From: Chiloscyllium plagiosum
Taxonomy: Eukaryota
Direction: 5' to 3'
Assembly: GCF_004010195.1 (NCBI RefSeq)
Contig: NC_057720.1
Coordinates: 74,833,220 to 74,897,219 of the forward strand
Length of the DNA: 64,000 nt
The position numbers and the translations under genes were made by a program. Positions within the stretch are counted from its first letter, which is position 1. Every line of letters starts with the position of its first letter. The notes under the pieces are model-generated. The model was not told the DNA's origin. It searched no databases and worked only from the letters and a program-made list of their open reading frames with translations. Below are positions 10,755 to 24,042 of this stretch, in pieces.

Positions 10755-11700
10755 GGTGTATAAGGAACTGAGGACATTGCTGCTAAATTTATCGATGACA
10801 CAAAGATAGTTGGAGGGACAGATAGCATTGAGGAAGTGGAGAGGCTGCAGAAGGACTTGAATAGGCTTGGAAAGTGGGCAAAGAAGTGGCAGATGGACTG
10901 CTATGGGGGAACGTGTGAGGTTATGCACTTTGGTTGGAAGAATAGAGGCATAGACCATTTTCTCAATGGAGAAAGACTTCAGAAATCTGAACGACAAAGA
11001 GATTCGGGAGTCCGTATTCAGGATGCTCTTCAACTTATCATATAGGTTCAGTTGGCAGTTATAAAGACATGCAATGTGAGTATTCATTTTGGGAGGGCTA
11101 GAATACAAGAGCAGAGATGTACTGCTGAAGCTGTATATGGCCCTGGTCAGACTACACTTGGAATATTGTGAGCAGAATTGAACCCTGTATCTAAGGAAGG
11201 ATGTGCTGGAATTGGATAGGGTCCAGAGGAGGTTTACAAGAATGATCCAGCGGATGAAGGGCTTGTCATACGAGGAGTGGTTGAGGACTCTGGATCTATA
11301 CTCAATGGGGTACAGAAGGATGAGGGAGGAATCCCATTGGGCCTAACAGAATACTGAGCAGCTTGGATAGAGGGGATGTGGAGAGCATGTTTCCACCAGT
11401 CGGCGAGATTAGGATCCAATGGTATGGCCTCAGAGTAGAGGGACAGCCTTTCAGAACCGAGATGAGGAGGAACTTTTTCAGCCAGTGGATGGTCGATCTG
11501 CAGAACCCATTGGCACAGGGGGCTGCAAATGCTGAATCATTGAGCGATTTTTTGACAAAAATAGATTGGTTCTTGATTAATAGGAGGATCAAAGAATGCA
11601 GGGAGAAAGTAGGAGAATTGGGTTGAGAAATATATCAGCTGTGATCAAATGAGCTGACTGACTTGATTCTGCTCCTTTATCTCATGATCTTATGGTCATA
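10755..11700 (+). mobile_element. 5'-truncated decayed CR1 LINE
   Basis: ERLQKDLNRLGKWAKKWQM..CEVMHFG and FRTEMRRNFFSQ; frameshifted. Confidence 0.85.
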
Positions 11701-14620
11701 CCACCATGTGTACATTACTACTGGAGTGAAGGACAGTAAAACCCCTTGCAAATCCCTCTAGGTGTCTCTTGGTGACCAGGGATTCCATTCTGGGCTAAAA
11801 TTGCTTCTCTGCTTTGGCTGGAGTAAACCTCTCACAATTGGACCACTAGTTATAAACATCAGTAGCCATGCCAGGCTTGTGATACACCTGTCTGATCAGG
11901 GCAGTCATCTTATCTGTCACTCGGTGTTCTGTTTGACCAAGAGCTATCATCAACACAAGACACTTCAGACTCTCAGACAGGATGAGTTACTTCACCACTC
12001 TTTATCCCTGTCATGAATTACCCAAAAGAGGACTCGATCTCCTCCCAGCTGGCCTTCCAACACCTCAACATTTTCCATGCTGGTTTGGACTCCCCCATCG
12101 TCTGGTGCTGGGGTTGGTGGATATTGAGCTATCCAGCAATGCTGTCTTCTACGGATGTCCACATGAATCAGCTGAAGCTGTCTGAGGTCCTCTTTACAGA
12201 TAGATGAAACCACAGTGGGGAAACCTGGCTAGACTTGGTTCGAATCTCACTCTTAAACACACCAGCCACAATCTGAAGAATCCCAGTTCAAATGAAATAG
12301 TGAATTGGGGTCGGAATGCCATCTTTGAAGTGGGGCACAGGGGTGGCATTAGCCACAGATTCCTCCTGTCCGCAAGGGGGGGCGGTGTGGGGGGAGGGGG
12401 GGGGTGGTGCCTCCTGTGGTCAGTCTTCCAACTAAGGAGTTGCATTGTTTTTACCTGACCTGTTATGGATCTGGAATCAAAACAGTGTGGATTCAATGGC
12501 CCATTGGGTCACTGTTGTTCCCAGCTCGGCAGATGTTTAAACGTAGCTGAGACAGTTGTTATCTGTAAATATTTCAAACCCTGCACTCATTAGAATGTCT
12601 GTGAACCTCTGGGAAATAGACCTCCTTAAAGCCAGCAATCCAAGTTTCACATTGAAGTAATTCTCTTCTGATTCAACTTGAGATTCTGATTGGCTGAAAC
12701 AATAACCACATTTGGTCTTCCCTTGAACCACTCCTGGGCCAAGGAAATTGGCAGCAGTTTCCAGGATGAAAAGGAGTTGAAAATCTGGGTGTCCAAGGAC
12801 GGATAATGAGACAAGCTTCCACTTGAAGGTACAAAAGGAGACTTCCCATGCTGGAATCCATCTCCTTGTGATGCCAGGCGAAGTATCATGCCTTTTACAG
12901 CCGTTCCCAATCAGTCCTGAATTAATCTCTAGTTGTCTAGCATAAATTTGGAGTGGAATGGCCAACTGTGCACAGTTTTGCACAGACTGCAATAGTAAAC
13001 ATATAGACTAAAGGATCCAGACAGTTCTCTCCCCATCTTAGGCTGGAGTTACTCCACTGTGACTTGGAATTTTTCATTGTCAGAAGTAATGTTTTCTTTG
13101 GCCTTGAACTGCCCCAAGTATCATAGTTTTGTCAGGAAAAGTTGACACCTCTCTGGTCTGACTTCCGAGTTGGACTCCAACAAGCGATCAAAGATGGTAG
13201 CCAGTTTTTCCTCCAGTTTGTTCACTGTCCGTGGCAGTAGCAAATATATAGCCATTCTGGGCTGGTGGCAAACATCTCTACTGCTGAAATTGACAATCTG
13301 TATGGGGATCATATTCTTTTCTCATATGGTAACAAAGGTGACTACTTGAGATACACTAAATAGGAGATTTGCTATCAGTGATATTGGACACTCTAGCAAG
13401 GCGCAACGCTGCTGACCAGTCGAAGACACTGGTGTGAGCCTTCAAGAACAATGACAGGTAAAAGAACAACCAGAGGTACTGCCACCCAAATAGTGTCAGG
13501 TCCTGTACAAGGTGATACACCTTCAGTGTGTGGAGCAAGATGCCTGTGTAATGTCTCCTCAAATATTGATGAGTATTGCACCCAGTTACACAGCTGGAAT
13601 TTAGGGTCAGCAAAAGCTTTATCCATCCCAAGCATGACAGTAGCAGGGACATTACAGAAGCCAAATTGCATTCTCATGTATTCGTGATGTCCACCCAGTT
13701 TGTCTGTTTGACCATGGACATCTTCAACGTCCTTATTTCCAATGGAGTGTTGACTGGGTCACCAACCGTAAGAAACTGCAAGTGATGAAGCATGTGATGA
13801 TTAGAGATAGGGAGAGCTTAATGCAATATGATAGGGAATGCCATTGGTTTAATACCTGAACGTGAGAAGGGAAGGCTACAGCCCTGGATGGAATCGCTTG
13901 TGCCTGACAGTAGTGGTGGCAGTAGTTGTTAAGTGCAGTCTTGTTTGAAATGCCCAACCCTATCAGAATTCTATCACCTCTTTGGATCAGCCCTTGAACA
14001 GGTTTTGCGACAAGGCTTAATGTGGAGATAGGACAGCAAGAACTAGATTAACATTTACTGTGTAGCAACTTGCTTGGCCGGCCCTTTAGCCCGATGTCTA
14101 AATCCCTGTCTGCACTGATCATCACCTCACTTATGGTCACCTCTCTCCTGGTCTTAGATGTTCAATCCTTGCATATGATCTGAATGATGTGGTCCCACAC
14201 TTCAATGAGCAGCGATTATGGTTTGTCATTATTAAGTATCTTTGACTTTATCTGGACATTCTCATCCTTCACTGCTTCTACCAGGTGATCTTTCAGTATC
14301 TTGCCGCTGGTTAATCAATAGGAGCAATCCAGGAGGACGATGCGATTGAATGACCCTTCACCAACTCAAAGGACATGGAAACCAGATCCTCCCATCACCA
14401 TTATCGCCACTTGCTGCTCTGGAGGTGCAATTACATATTGGTAACAAAGTACTTGGTGGGCCCATGTTGGAGGTAAGCACCCCTTGAGGCTCATACACTC
14501 AAAGTCCATCTTGTTCTCCTTGTTTTTTATGGAATGCCCTGTGGTTTTGGAAATAAAGTTACAAATGCACAGACAGTGCAGAAAGAAACCTCCAGGTTCA
14601 TCCAATGCCCCAGAGAAAAT
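11700..14620 (-). mobile_element. Highly decayed Ty3/Gypsy pol (RT, RNase H, probable downstream integrase-side sequence)
   Basis: GHHEYMRMQFGFCNVPAT resembles the RT motif MPFGLCNAPATFQ. YSSIFEETL and RPERCQLF fit RT. DFQLLFILETAA..EENYFNVKLGLLAL..FEIFTDNNCLSYV resembles Gypsy RNase H (ILETDAS..NYS..KLELLAL..TDNNPL). Outer boundaries approximate. Confidence 0.8.
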
Positions 14621-14639
14621 CACAAAATCACAGAGGTTA

Positions 14640-15595
14640 TATCAATAATTTGGGTGTGAATACAGGAAGTGTGGTTAGTAAATTTGTAGATTACCCCAAA
14701 ATTGGAATGGTAGTGGACAGCAAAGATTACCTCAGAGTACAATGGGACCTTGATCAGATGGGTCGATGCATCACATAATGTCAGATGGAGTTTAATCTAG
14801 ATAAAGGTAAAGTTCTACATTTTGGAAAGACAAATCAGAGCAGGACTTATACACTTAATGGTAAGTCCTGGGGAATGTTAGCAAACAAAGAGGGTTGGAG
14901 TGCAGGTTCATTGTTCCTTGAAAGTGGAGTCACAGATAGAAAGGATAGTGAAGAAGGCACTTGGTATGCTTGACTTTAGTGCTCAGAGCATTGAGTATAG
15001 GAGTTGGGAGGAAATGTTGCAACTCTACAGGATATTGGTCAGGCCACTTCTGGAATACTGCATGCAATTCTGGTCTCCCTGCAACATAGAGAGATGTCGT
15101 GAAACTTGAAAAGGTTCAGAAAAGATTTACAAGAATGTTGCCAAGGTTGGACAGTTTGAGCTATAAGGAGAGACTGAATAGGCTGGGGCTACTTTCCATG
15201 GAGTGTTGGAGGCTGAAGGATGAAGTTTATAAAATCTTAAGTGCATGGATAGGGTGAATAGCGCAAGGTCTTTTCCCTGGGTAGGGCGAGTCTAGAAATA
15301 GAGGGCATAGGTTTAAAGCAAGAGATGAAAGATTTATTAGAGACCTGAGGGGCAACCTTTTCACACAGAGTGGGGTGCATGTATGGAATGAGCTGCCAGA
15401 GGAAGTGGTGGGGGCTGGTACACTTACAACATTTAAAAGCCATCCGGATGGGTATATGAATAGGAAGGGTTTAGTGGGATATACCGGCGAAATGCTGGCA
15501 AATTGGACCAAATTAATTTAGGATATTTGGTCAGCATGGACGGAGTGAACCGAAGGCTCTGCTTCCATGCTGTACATCTCTATGACTCTATGATT
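14640..15595 (+). mobile_element. 5'-truncated decayed CR1/HER1 LINE
   Basis: MEFNLDKGKVLHFGK and LQLYRILVRPLLEYCMQFWSP; ends in tctatgactctatga repeats. Confidence 0.85.
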
Positions 15596-15654
15596 GTCAC
15601 AGTGCAGAAGAAGCTATTCAGCTCATTATGTCTACACCAGCTCTCCATAGAATC

Positions 15655-15955
15655 CCTCCAGTGTGGCAGCACTGAGGCCCATTGAGTGTGTACCAACCCT
15701 CTAAAGAGCATTCCACCCAGACCCACTCCCGTATCCCTGCATTTCCCATGGCTAATCTACGTAGCTGCATATCTCTGGACAATTTAGTATAGCCAATTCA
15801 CCATCTTTGGAGTGTGGGAGGAAACTAGAGCACCCAAGGAAACCCACACAAACATAGGGAGAATGTGCAAACTCCACACAGAGAGTCACCCAAGGCTGGA
15901 ATTGAACCCGTGTATCTGGTGCTGCGAGGCAGCAGTGCTAGCCACCATACCGCAC
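15655..15955 (-). mobile_element. HE1-type SINE
   Basis: Reverse complement matches 43172-43502. Confidence 0.8.
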
Positions 15956-17144
15956 GTGATTATCCAAATGATCATTATGTCTTAGTGCCAATGTCCTGCT
16001 TTTTTTAACCAGTAATTTTGCTTATTGACTCTATTTAAATAATCCTTTAATGACACCTTGAATGCTTCAATCAAAGGAGCCATGTTAAACTAGAGATTCA
16101 CAGGCTCAAAATGGGATATGGGGCAGTGCAAACTATAACAACTTACTTATGTAGAGCTTACATATTTTTGGATTGTACCCAATGGGCCTATACTTGAAAA
16201 ACCCACAGTGCAGACTCCAATATTATATGTTACTCTGCAATTGGACATTTACTGAATAATCTCAAGTGTGCAAAGGATTGTGCTGACAACCAATTTAAGA
16301 TTATCAGTTGGGCTCATGGTGTGGTTCATTTGCATGTACGGACACTACATTTATTAATACATAGGAACCTATTCTTTGCAAACAGCAAGAACATGTACAG
16401 CACTGCACCAGTTTCAACTCAACGAATAGCTGATGGCAATAACTGTTTCACCTCTCAGGAAAATGCCCTATCCAATAAGCACCTGCCTGATTTCATTTTT
16501 TAAAAAAAGCCTAACAGTTAACTGTCAATCTTTAACAACAGTGCATTCTCCATGGTAATGAAGTTTCTATTCAGAGACTGCTTGCCAACCAATTCAAAAA
16601 TCTCCTCTGACTCAATATAAATGTTATTTTATCCCATACATTGTGTTCTCAAGCATTGTCCTTACAAGTGCAAAGTGAGAAGCTCGACAAGATAAGACCT
16701 TTTGCAGCAATATATAGAGTTTTTTTAATACAATCATATGTCCTCAGGGCTTCCCAGTATCCCTAGGTCACCTGATTTGACATCAAACCTCATAAGAAAT
16801 ATGAAGTCACATGTCTGAAAGCTTGATGAAAAATGTTCGTTTTAAGAGGCATCTTAAAGGATAAAGGTAAAAAGATGGAGAGGTTTGGGCAAGGAATTCC
16901 AGAGACAATGGGCCATGGAGCTGAAAGAATCACTGCCAAACGTGGAGCAATTAAAATTTCCAAATATTAGAATGTGGCAGGGGTGGGGGTGGGGCTTCTT
17001 TGATACCATCAAGGGTTGCGTAGGCCTACGGGGTTATTGAAATGGGGAGGGGTTTGAAAACAGGTGTGCAAATTTTAAAATTGAGGTATTGCTTAACCAG
17101 GAGCTATTGTAGGTCAGTGTGCGCAATTGGACTTTTTATTTAGA

Positions 17145-17325
17145 TTTTAGATTAGATTCCCTACAGTGTGGAAACAGGCCCTTTGGCCCAAACAATCCAC
17201 ACTTGATCCTCCGAAGAGAAACCTACCCAGGCCTATTCCTCTACCTTATATTTACCCCAACTAATACACCTAACACTATGGGCAGTTTAGCATGGCCAAT
17301 TCACCTAACCTGCACATCTTTGGAT
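17145..17325 (-). mobile_element. HE1-type SINE 3' half
   Basis: (ttaga)n tail followed by ttccctacagtgtggaaacaggccc. Confidence 0.75.
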
Positions 17326-18257
17326 TTATTAGAGTTATCGTATGAATGCCTGGGGAGATGGACCCAAGTTTGAAGAGCCAAGTCTGGAGATTACAAAGAC
17401 CCATATGAGGCTTTCAGCAGATAAGTGAGGCAGGATGATGTTCGATGGTGCCAGATGAGAAAAAGACATTCTTGGTCCTATTCAGGGATATGGGAGAAGT
17501 GCAGGAAATTGGGATTAATTCATTTTTAGTGCTAGTTCTGTCAGTGCAGATTCGAAGGGCCAAAGGGTGATGTATAATTTCATTCCAGGGCTTTCATCGC
17601 ATGGTGAGATATAGCACAAGATTACAATCAGCTTCAGGGTCAGACAGTTGCCGTGAAGAGGAATAGAGTTGGAAGTAAGGAACAATGTTTGTTGAAAGTA
17701 CAACGGCTTTGGAGCTCCCAATAGATAGTTGGAGGAAATTTCTATTTGTTCACTAGGAGTCTGATAATTTAGTGACAGTAGAGGAGAGGTGTTAAAGGTG
17801 GATAGTGTGGACAACTAAAGAAACAAGCAGACCAAGATGGACAGCTAGGAGAGATGGTCAATGAGAAGTTTTTTACGGTATTCTTTCACAGGATATGGGT
17901 ATTGTTGGCAAGTCCAGCACTTATTGCCCATTCTGATTGTCCCTGAATTCAGGGACTTCCTGAGCTGCTTCAGAAGCCACTACTGGATATGGAGTCAAAG
18001 AACAAACACAATACAGCACAGAGCCCTTCAGCCCTCTAAGCCTGTGCCAACACATTTTACCCTTCCATACTAAACTGTCGTCACTTACAGGATCTGTATC
18101 GCTTTATTCCCATCCTATTCATGTGTTCGTCCAGGTGCTTCTTGAATGCTGCTATTGAGTCACGTGTAGGTAAGAGCTACATGTAGGCCAGAGCAGGTGA
18201 GGATGGCAGATTTCCTTTTCTAAAAGACAGATATCAACCAAATGGGTTTTTATGAAA

Positions 18258-18412
18258 CCAAAACAGAAATTGCTGGAGAAACTCTGCAGGTCTGGCATCA
18301 TCTGTGGAGAGAAAGCAGAGTCAATCTCTCGGGGTCCAATGACCAGCTGAGTTTCTCCAGCAACTTACGTTTTTAACTTCAGATTTCCGGCATCCGCAGT
18401 TCTTTGTTTTTT
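18258..18412. mobile_element. Internally deleted palindromic Penelope-derived element
   Basis: Inverted arms ttgctggagaaactc and gagtttctccagcaa; same family as 9385-9605. Confidence 0.65.
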
Positions 18413-20634
18413 GTAGGGGATTTTCTATGAGAATTGTTGATAGTTTCCTGGTCACCATTTCTGAGGCTAACATTCAATTGCAGATTTCATTGGTTGGATT
18501 TAAAATGCCACGAGCTACCATAGTGAGAATTAAACCTGCATCGTAACAGCCTCAGCCTGGACAGTTGGATTACTACACAATTCCCCCCTAGGACACCATC
18601 TCACCCTTAAACAGAAGGGAGTGAACAGCACAGAAAAGATAATAACACTCTTTCATGTTAAACCATGGCAACAGATTTGAGGTGCATGTTGCAACTGGTA
18701 AAAGGCAAATCTAAGCCCAAGGACAAAAACTTATTTTTCAGACAATTATTCTGTTGTTAGAGCACCCTTGACTTTGAGTTAACTGTTGTGGACTGAACCT
18801 ACACTTTAAGTACATAATCCAAGTTTAGGCTTCACTGTAGGACTGAGAGAAATAAAAAGTTTTGATTGCATGTTCAACTGAAGCCTCCCCTCCCTGTGAA
18901 TGTACAGAGAAAGATCCCACAGCACAGTCCAAAAAAGAGCAGGGTTATCCTGGCAAACATTTAAACTGGTCATTGAGAAGCAAAACGAAATGTTGGAAAT
19001 ATCCATCAGGTCAGATGACATCAAAGGAGAGCGACAATATCTGATGATATTTCAGATCAATAAGCTATCATCAGAACTGGGAAAAGTTTATTGGCTTGAG
19101 AAATTGATGTTTTCTGTATCTCTGTTTGTGAGGTTAGTGTAGCCCATGAAATCTGTACTCTGTGGAGGGTGTTTGAGTGGACAGATGAGTCACTTCCAAA
19201 CTGTTTGACAGGAAATGTTGGATTTGTAGATAGTCATAGATTACACATTCCCAGGGAGCATTCCCCAGGTTTCTAATCCACTACTAGCATGGAGATAATG
19301 GGCTGAAGGACCTCCTTCTGTGCCATGATCAATCTGTGATTCTATGATTTTTTTTAGTCAGCTTTGAAGACTCGATTCGAAACCACTGCACTGTAAACGC
19401 AATGGGTGGGTTTTGTCCCTATTTTCTTTTCATAGTTAGATATTGTTCCGCATCGTATCAGTTTGGGTGTGTGTTCAGATGCAGGGAGCTGGCTGCAGTT
19501 TTTATCATGGAGGTGCAAACTTGGTGCTGCCTCCTCATTGATCTAACTATAGTTTTATTATGAATGCAGTCCATGGAATTGGCTACTTCAGTACTCAGCA
19601 AGGGCTTGGGTAACCAGCAAATCTGTATTTCACACCCAATGGGTTAAACATGAACTTGTACCGTCTTGTGAAGCATCAAAAGTGAATCGACGGCTCATTC
19701 ATCTCCCTCCCTTTTTTTTAAGTTAAGCAAAGTGGCAATGAGTGGGGAGAGATGTAAAATGAGTTGCTAACACGCCATTCGGTTTTACACGAGGGATATA
19801 GAGTCAATATTACCCTCAAATTCCCCGCTCGTTCCACGTGAAATTCTAGCATAAGGAGCAGAGAATTTAGAACCAGGAAACGTCTGCTAAAAACCCACTT
19901 TTATAATATTGTTGCAATACTATTTATTTATATTCACATTGGTATAATTTTACATCTATAAGAATATATAAGTAACCTTTGTTTTAAACAAATAACAATT
20001 ATGAGTCTCAATGTACTTCAGCTTATAAAAAGATCTGAAGTTAAACATATCATCCTAGCTGTAATAAGAAATAAGGATGCCTTCAGGTTTTGAGTTTAAA
20101 CTTGGAGTACAGTTTACTGTATATGTTGACTATGCAGCTTTCTATTGTTCAAAATTATTTTATTCTAGCCGAGACAATTACTTGGAAAGCTGAAAGGGCT
20201 TGCCAAAAATTTTAAGAATATGCAAACTCCCATAAAAGAACCTTTCAATGCATTTCTCAGCCAGAGACTGGGCTTTAATCTCCAGAATCAAAAGACTAAA
20301 ATAAATGCCTTCTCATGTAGACCTTTTCAATCTTTCCCCTCTCTTATCTCTCAGCTGCAAGCTGAACCACCTTAGCACAAGCAGAAAGCCTCCCTTCCTC
20401 CTTCTTCTCCCTTCCCCCTCCCGTGCCAGATAAATTTTGTATGTATTCTAAGGCTCTGAATGCAGTACTGTCTCGAACAAGGACACAGAAGGAGCTTGGT
20501 ACTGGGTCTGCCCTCAGAGACTGCAGGAGCCAACAATAGCTAGAGCTTGTTAGGATGCAAGACTGGCATACGGGCTGCTCCCCCAGTGAGACTTAAGTAG
20601 AGACAGAGCAAGCAATCTGGCTTTACAAGATCTG

Positions 20635-20751
20635 ATGTACCAAGAGATACCTGACAGTTTTATTCAGAGCATTCCTGCTCCAGTGCCGACCACCGACTGT
20701 AAGAAAAGCCATTTTAGAGCTTCATTTACATTGTTTGCAAGTGCCAGAAAG
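20635..20751 (+). CDS. rgs8: RGS8-like gene, putative coding exon 1 (MYQEIPDSFIQSIPAPVPTTDCKKSHFRASFTLFASARK)
   Basis: ATG with in-frame upstream stop (20587). 117 nt, strong donor AAG|GTAAGC in phase 0, compatible with the exon at 38555. Not similar to mammalian RGS8 N-termini as I recall them. Confidence 0.6.
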
Positions 20752-21549
20752 GTAAGCGTTACGCATTAATTACTGCCTTGCAGTCTTTCAGTGTGAATTC
20801 AAATGTGATATTACTGTAGGAGATAGTCCTTTACTAAGATAATCCTTTATTAATGTAAAATAATGTATAACAACAAACCTCTGACAGACTCCACTTCTTC
20901 TGTTACACCTTGCTTGGTACGAATAATATCTATTCATTTTTCAATCTAACATGGATGAATCTTGGAATGCTGACTTTGCTTATTTTTCTTCTTGCATTTG
21001 TTAATATAAATCATAAAAGCAAACTAATTAGATGCTTGACAGCATAGTGGATAATGGATCTTAATTAAATAGCTTTCTTTAAGAAATCAAAATAAATATT
21101 GTGTATCTGAATGTATATTTTTAAATAATCTTTTGGATTCATTTCACCTCATTCTGTGCAATGGCAAAAATGCACTAATATAGATCACCCGTACTTACTG
21201 GCCTTCTGAGAAAATAAGGCAATGCACATTTGAAGTCAGACTAATACAATCTAAATATGCAGACTGGCATCACTCATCTATTAATTAGAAATGAACAGCT
21301 GGAATGAATTGTGTAATGTTTCCCTACTGTTGTCTGAATGAGCATAAAAACAAACTTGGTGTTTAGTGTACTGTTTATCAAGACTTAATGAGACTCCCAC
21401 TCTAAGCTGGGTTGTCCAGGTCTGTATCAAACATGCTTAAAATTTTGAAAAGAGTGGCTTATTTCAGGCAGTGGCCAGGACCGATTCTCAGATCCCAGTT
21501 ACATTTACCCTGGCCATCATAGGCAAACACACATGGATTTCCAGAGAGT

Positions 21550-22190
21550 AAAGAACTTGCATATATACACTACTAACAAACACAAGGACATCACAACTCC
21601 TTTTCAACTCTATGCACTGTTCCAACATTGGAAAAATAACAGCCAATTTGCACATAATGGGGTTCCTGAGGTGACAATGCAGTAAATTTCTAGATAATAC
21701 TTTTTATTATTGAAGTAATATTGACTGGATAAAATATATTTATGTTACTATGGGGAGAATATCCTTCTGTTCTTTTGATATTGGCTCTGGTACGTCAAGT
21801 GGATGGGGAGACAGGGCCTTGGATTAACTTCTCATCAAAGATATGGAGGTGTCTGTATTGGACTGGGGTGGACAAAGTTAAAAATCACACAACACCAGGT
21901 TATAGTCCAACAGGTTTATTTGGAAGTACAAGCTTTTGGACCACTGCGCCAGACCAGCTACCTGACAAAGGAGGGGCACCCCGAAAGCTTGTACTTCCAA
22001 ATAAACCTGTTGGACTACAACCTGGTGTTGTGTGACTTTTAACCCTCTTCAAAGAGACAGCACAGCCTCTCTCAATATTGCACTGGGCTATCAGCTTGCA
22101 TGATGTGTTTTAATTGTCTGCAATGGGGCCTGAGCCCATCATTTCCCTGACTCACGGGTAAGAATGCTGCCAACTGAGCCAAGACTGACA
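21550..22190 (-). mobile_element. Old tRNA-headed Deu-domain-like SINE, interrupted at 21842-22048
   Basis: Minus strand begins TGTCAGTCTTGGCTCAGTTGGCAGC (A-box-like). Central GCAAATTGGCTG. Tail ..TATATGCAAGTTCTT. Confidence 0.55.
21842..22048. mobile_element. Palindromic hammerhead-bearing element (second family), 60-bp inverted arms, 7-bp TSD
   Basis: 21877-21936 versus 21984-22043 are 58/60 complementary. TCAAAGA occurs at 21835-21841 and 22049-22055. Confidence 0.85.
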
Positions 22191-23924
22191 TTCAGAAGGT
22201 GAGAGCATGTAGAACTGAATAAAATGCAGGTGCACACCAAAGGTGAAGCACACCTTCACCTAGCATGGCATTTAACCATACAGCTGCCAGACCACACCCG
22301 ACAACAGTTCAACCAGGCACTCGTTAACCTCTACATAAGTTCCACTGAAGTGCGCAAATGACAGAGCTTTGGTTTGTGAAAAGTAAATGAACGGTCTTTG
22401 TGGAAGTAACCCTCGCTTGGTAACAACCAAAGCAACCAGTATTTATTAATAGTACTGCATGGGAAAAATGAGAAAATTCCAACACAGTTACAAACTGTTA
22501 TTTTTAACCCCCTGCCCCCAACACCAAAATAACAGTTGATAAAGTGAAATTGCTTCACAGCTAAAGCATTGCCACAACGCAAGGCTAGATTATGAGGCAG
22601 TGCTTTGGCAGACGAGCTGCTCTGGAATAAATCCCACTGTTATAACTCTAGGGCTATTAACATTCTCAGCTCTGGCTTTCTCAAAAGGAAAACAAATGGC
22701 TGAGTTTCTGAGTGATGGAGCATATCATCATTGAGACATCTGCACAGCGTTCCATCCTGTTCGATTTACAGAACCTTTTCAACCCAACTCTGATTGCATT
22801 CACTGCACTTGGTCCACTGCCTGCACAACGTACTCATTCAAAGCAAAAGGGGATGATTTGATTACATTCAGAGGCTTTCACACAGATCATCTCTGCCACT
22901 CTTTCCAACTGTGTTGCTTCCAGTCATTTGCATCCTTCACATGCTTAACTCCAATTCTTGTCTTTTCTAAAAAGTTTGTCAAACATCTTAATTTATGAGA
23001 GCTTTATACTGAAACTTAACGTGGTCAAATTAATTTACTCCTGAACTTTCAGCTTGATCTCCTCTTTAACTGCCTCCTCTCCCATCAACGACCATGCTTT
23101 GTTCATGGTTTTTTTGCAAAGCCTCGATCACCACCCTTCACTGGCTGTGCACCGTGACTTGGCCTTTGAAACATTCACAGTGTGGCCAACAGCCTCTCTG
23201 ACTTTGTTCTCTTGTATGTGGGCGGTACTCAGTCTCTGCTGAATGCCTCCGCTGAAAGCTGTGACAGGAACTCAGTAAATTGAGAATCCCGAGTGTCCAC
23301 TGTATTGTGCAAAAGTGTACATTCATGAGGTTCAAAACAGCATAGGTCATCTGGAGCATATAACACAGGATATAATAGCTTGATTAAAGCTGGACCTTTT
23401 TACATGATGCTTAAGTAAATACATTCTCCATTTCATAAGGTTACATTAAGCCATTATATTGTTAAAGTTAACTTTACCGGTTAATGACATTTGCGTTGGC
23501 GTCAGATGGATAACAACCATTTATACAAAGGTGTCCTTTAAGGTGAACTGGCTACTGGATCACAACCTGCTAAGCATCTATACCTTTGCTTCAAAGACTA
23601 CTGCAAGTAAGGTATGAAGATACTTTACAATGATACAGCCAACTGGGAGACAGCTCGTGAAGGCTATTGCCTGTGAGGGCCGACTATTTGAAAGGGCAAT
23701 GGAAAAGGAGGGCAGGAGCAAAAACCCAGCTGGTCCAAGAGAGGATCTGGAAAAGTCAGAGGCCAGCAGATCATGCACCTTCTCAGCCTACTATCTTGTC
23801 CGGCATTGCAGAGATACCTGAATTGGGCTCCTAAATTACACCATGCAATGTTCAACACAAAAGTGACCATCATGGCACAAACCATCATCTTACAAGATGG
23901 AAGTTGCCTCTTGCTTAGATATGA

Positions 23925-24042
23925 AGGTGTTGGTGCTGGACTGGAGTAGATAAGGTCAGAAGTCACATGACACCAGGTTATAGTTCGTCAGGTTTATTTG
24001 CTATCACGAGCTTTCGAAGCGTTGCTGCTCCATCAGGTGAAG
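23925..24042 (-). mobile_element. Single-arm copy of the second hammerhead-bearing family (motif 24005-24039)
   Basis: Minus strand CAC-CTGATGG-AGCAGCAACGCTTC-GAAA-G-CTC-GTG. The arm acaccaggttatagt is shared with 21877-21936. Confidence 0.7.
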
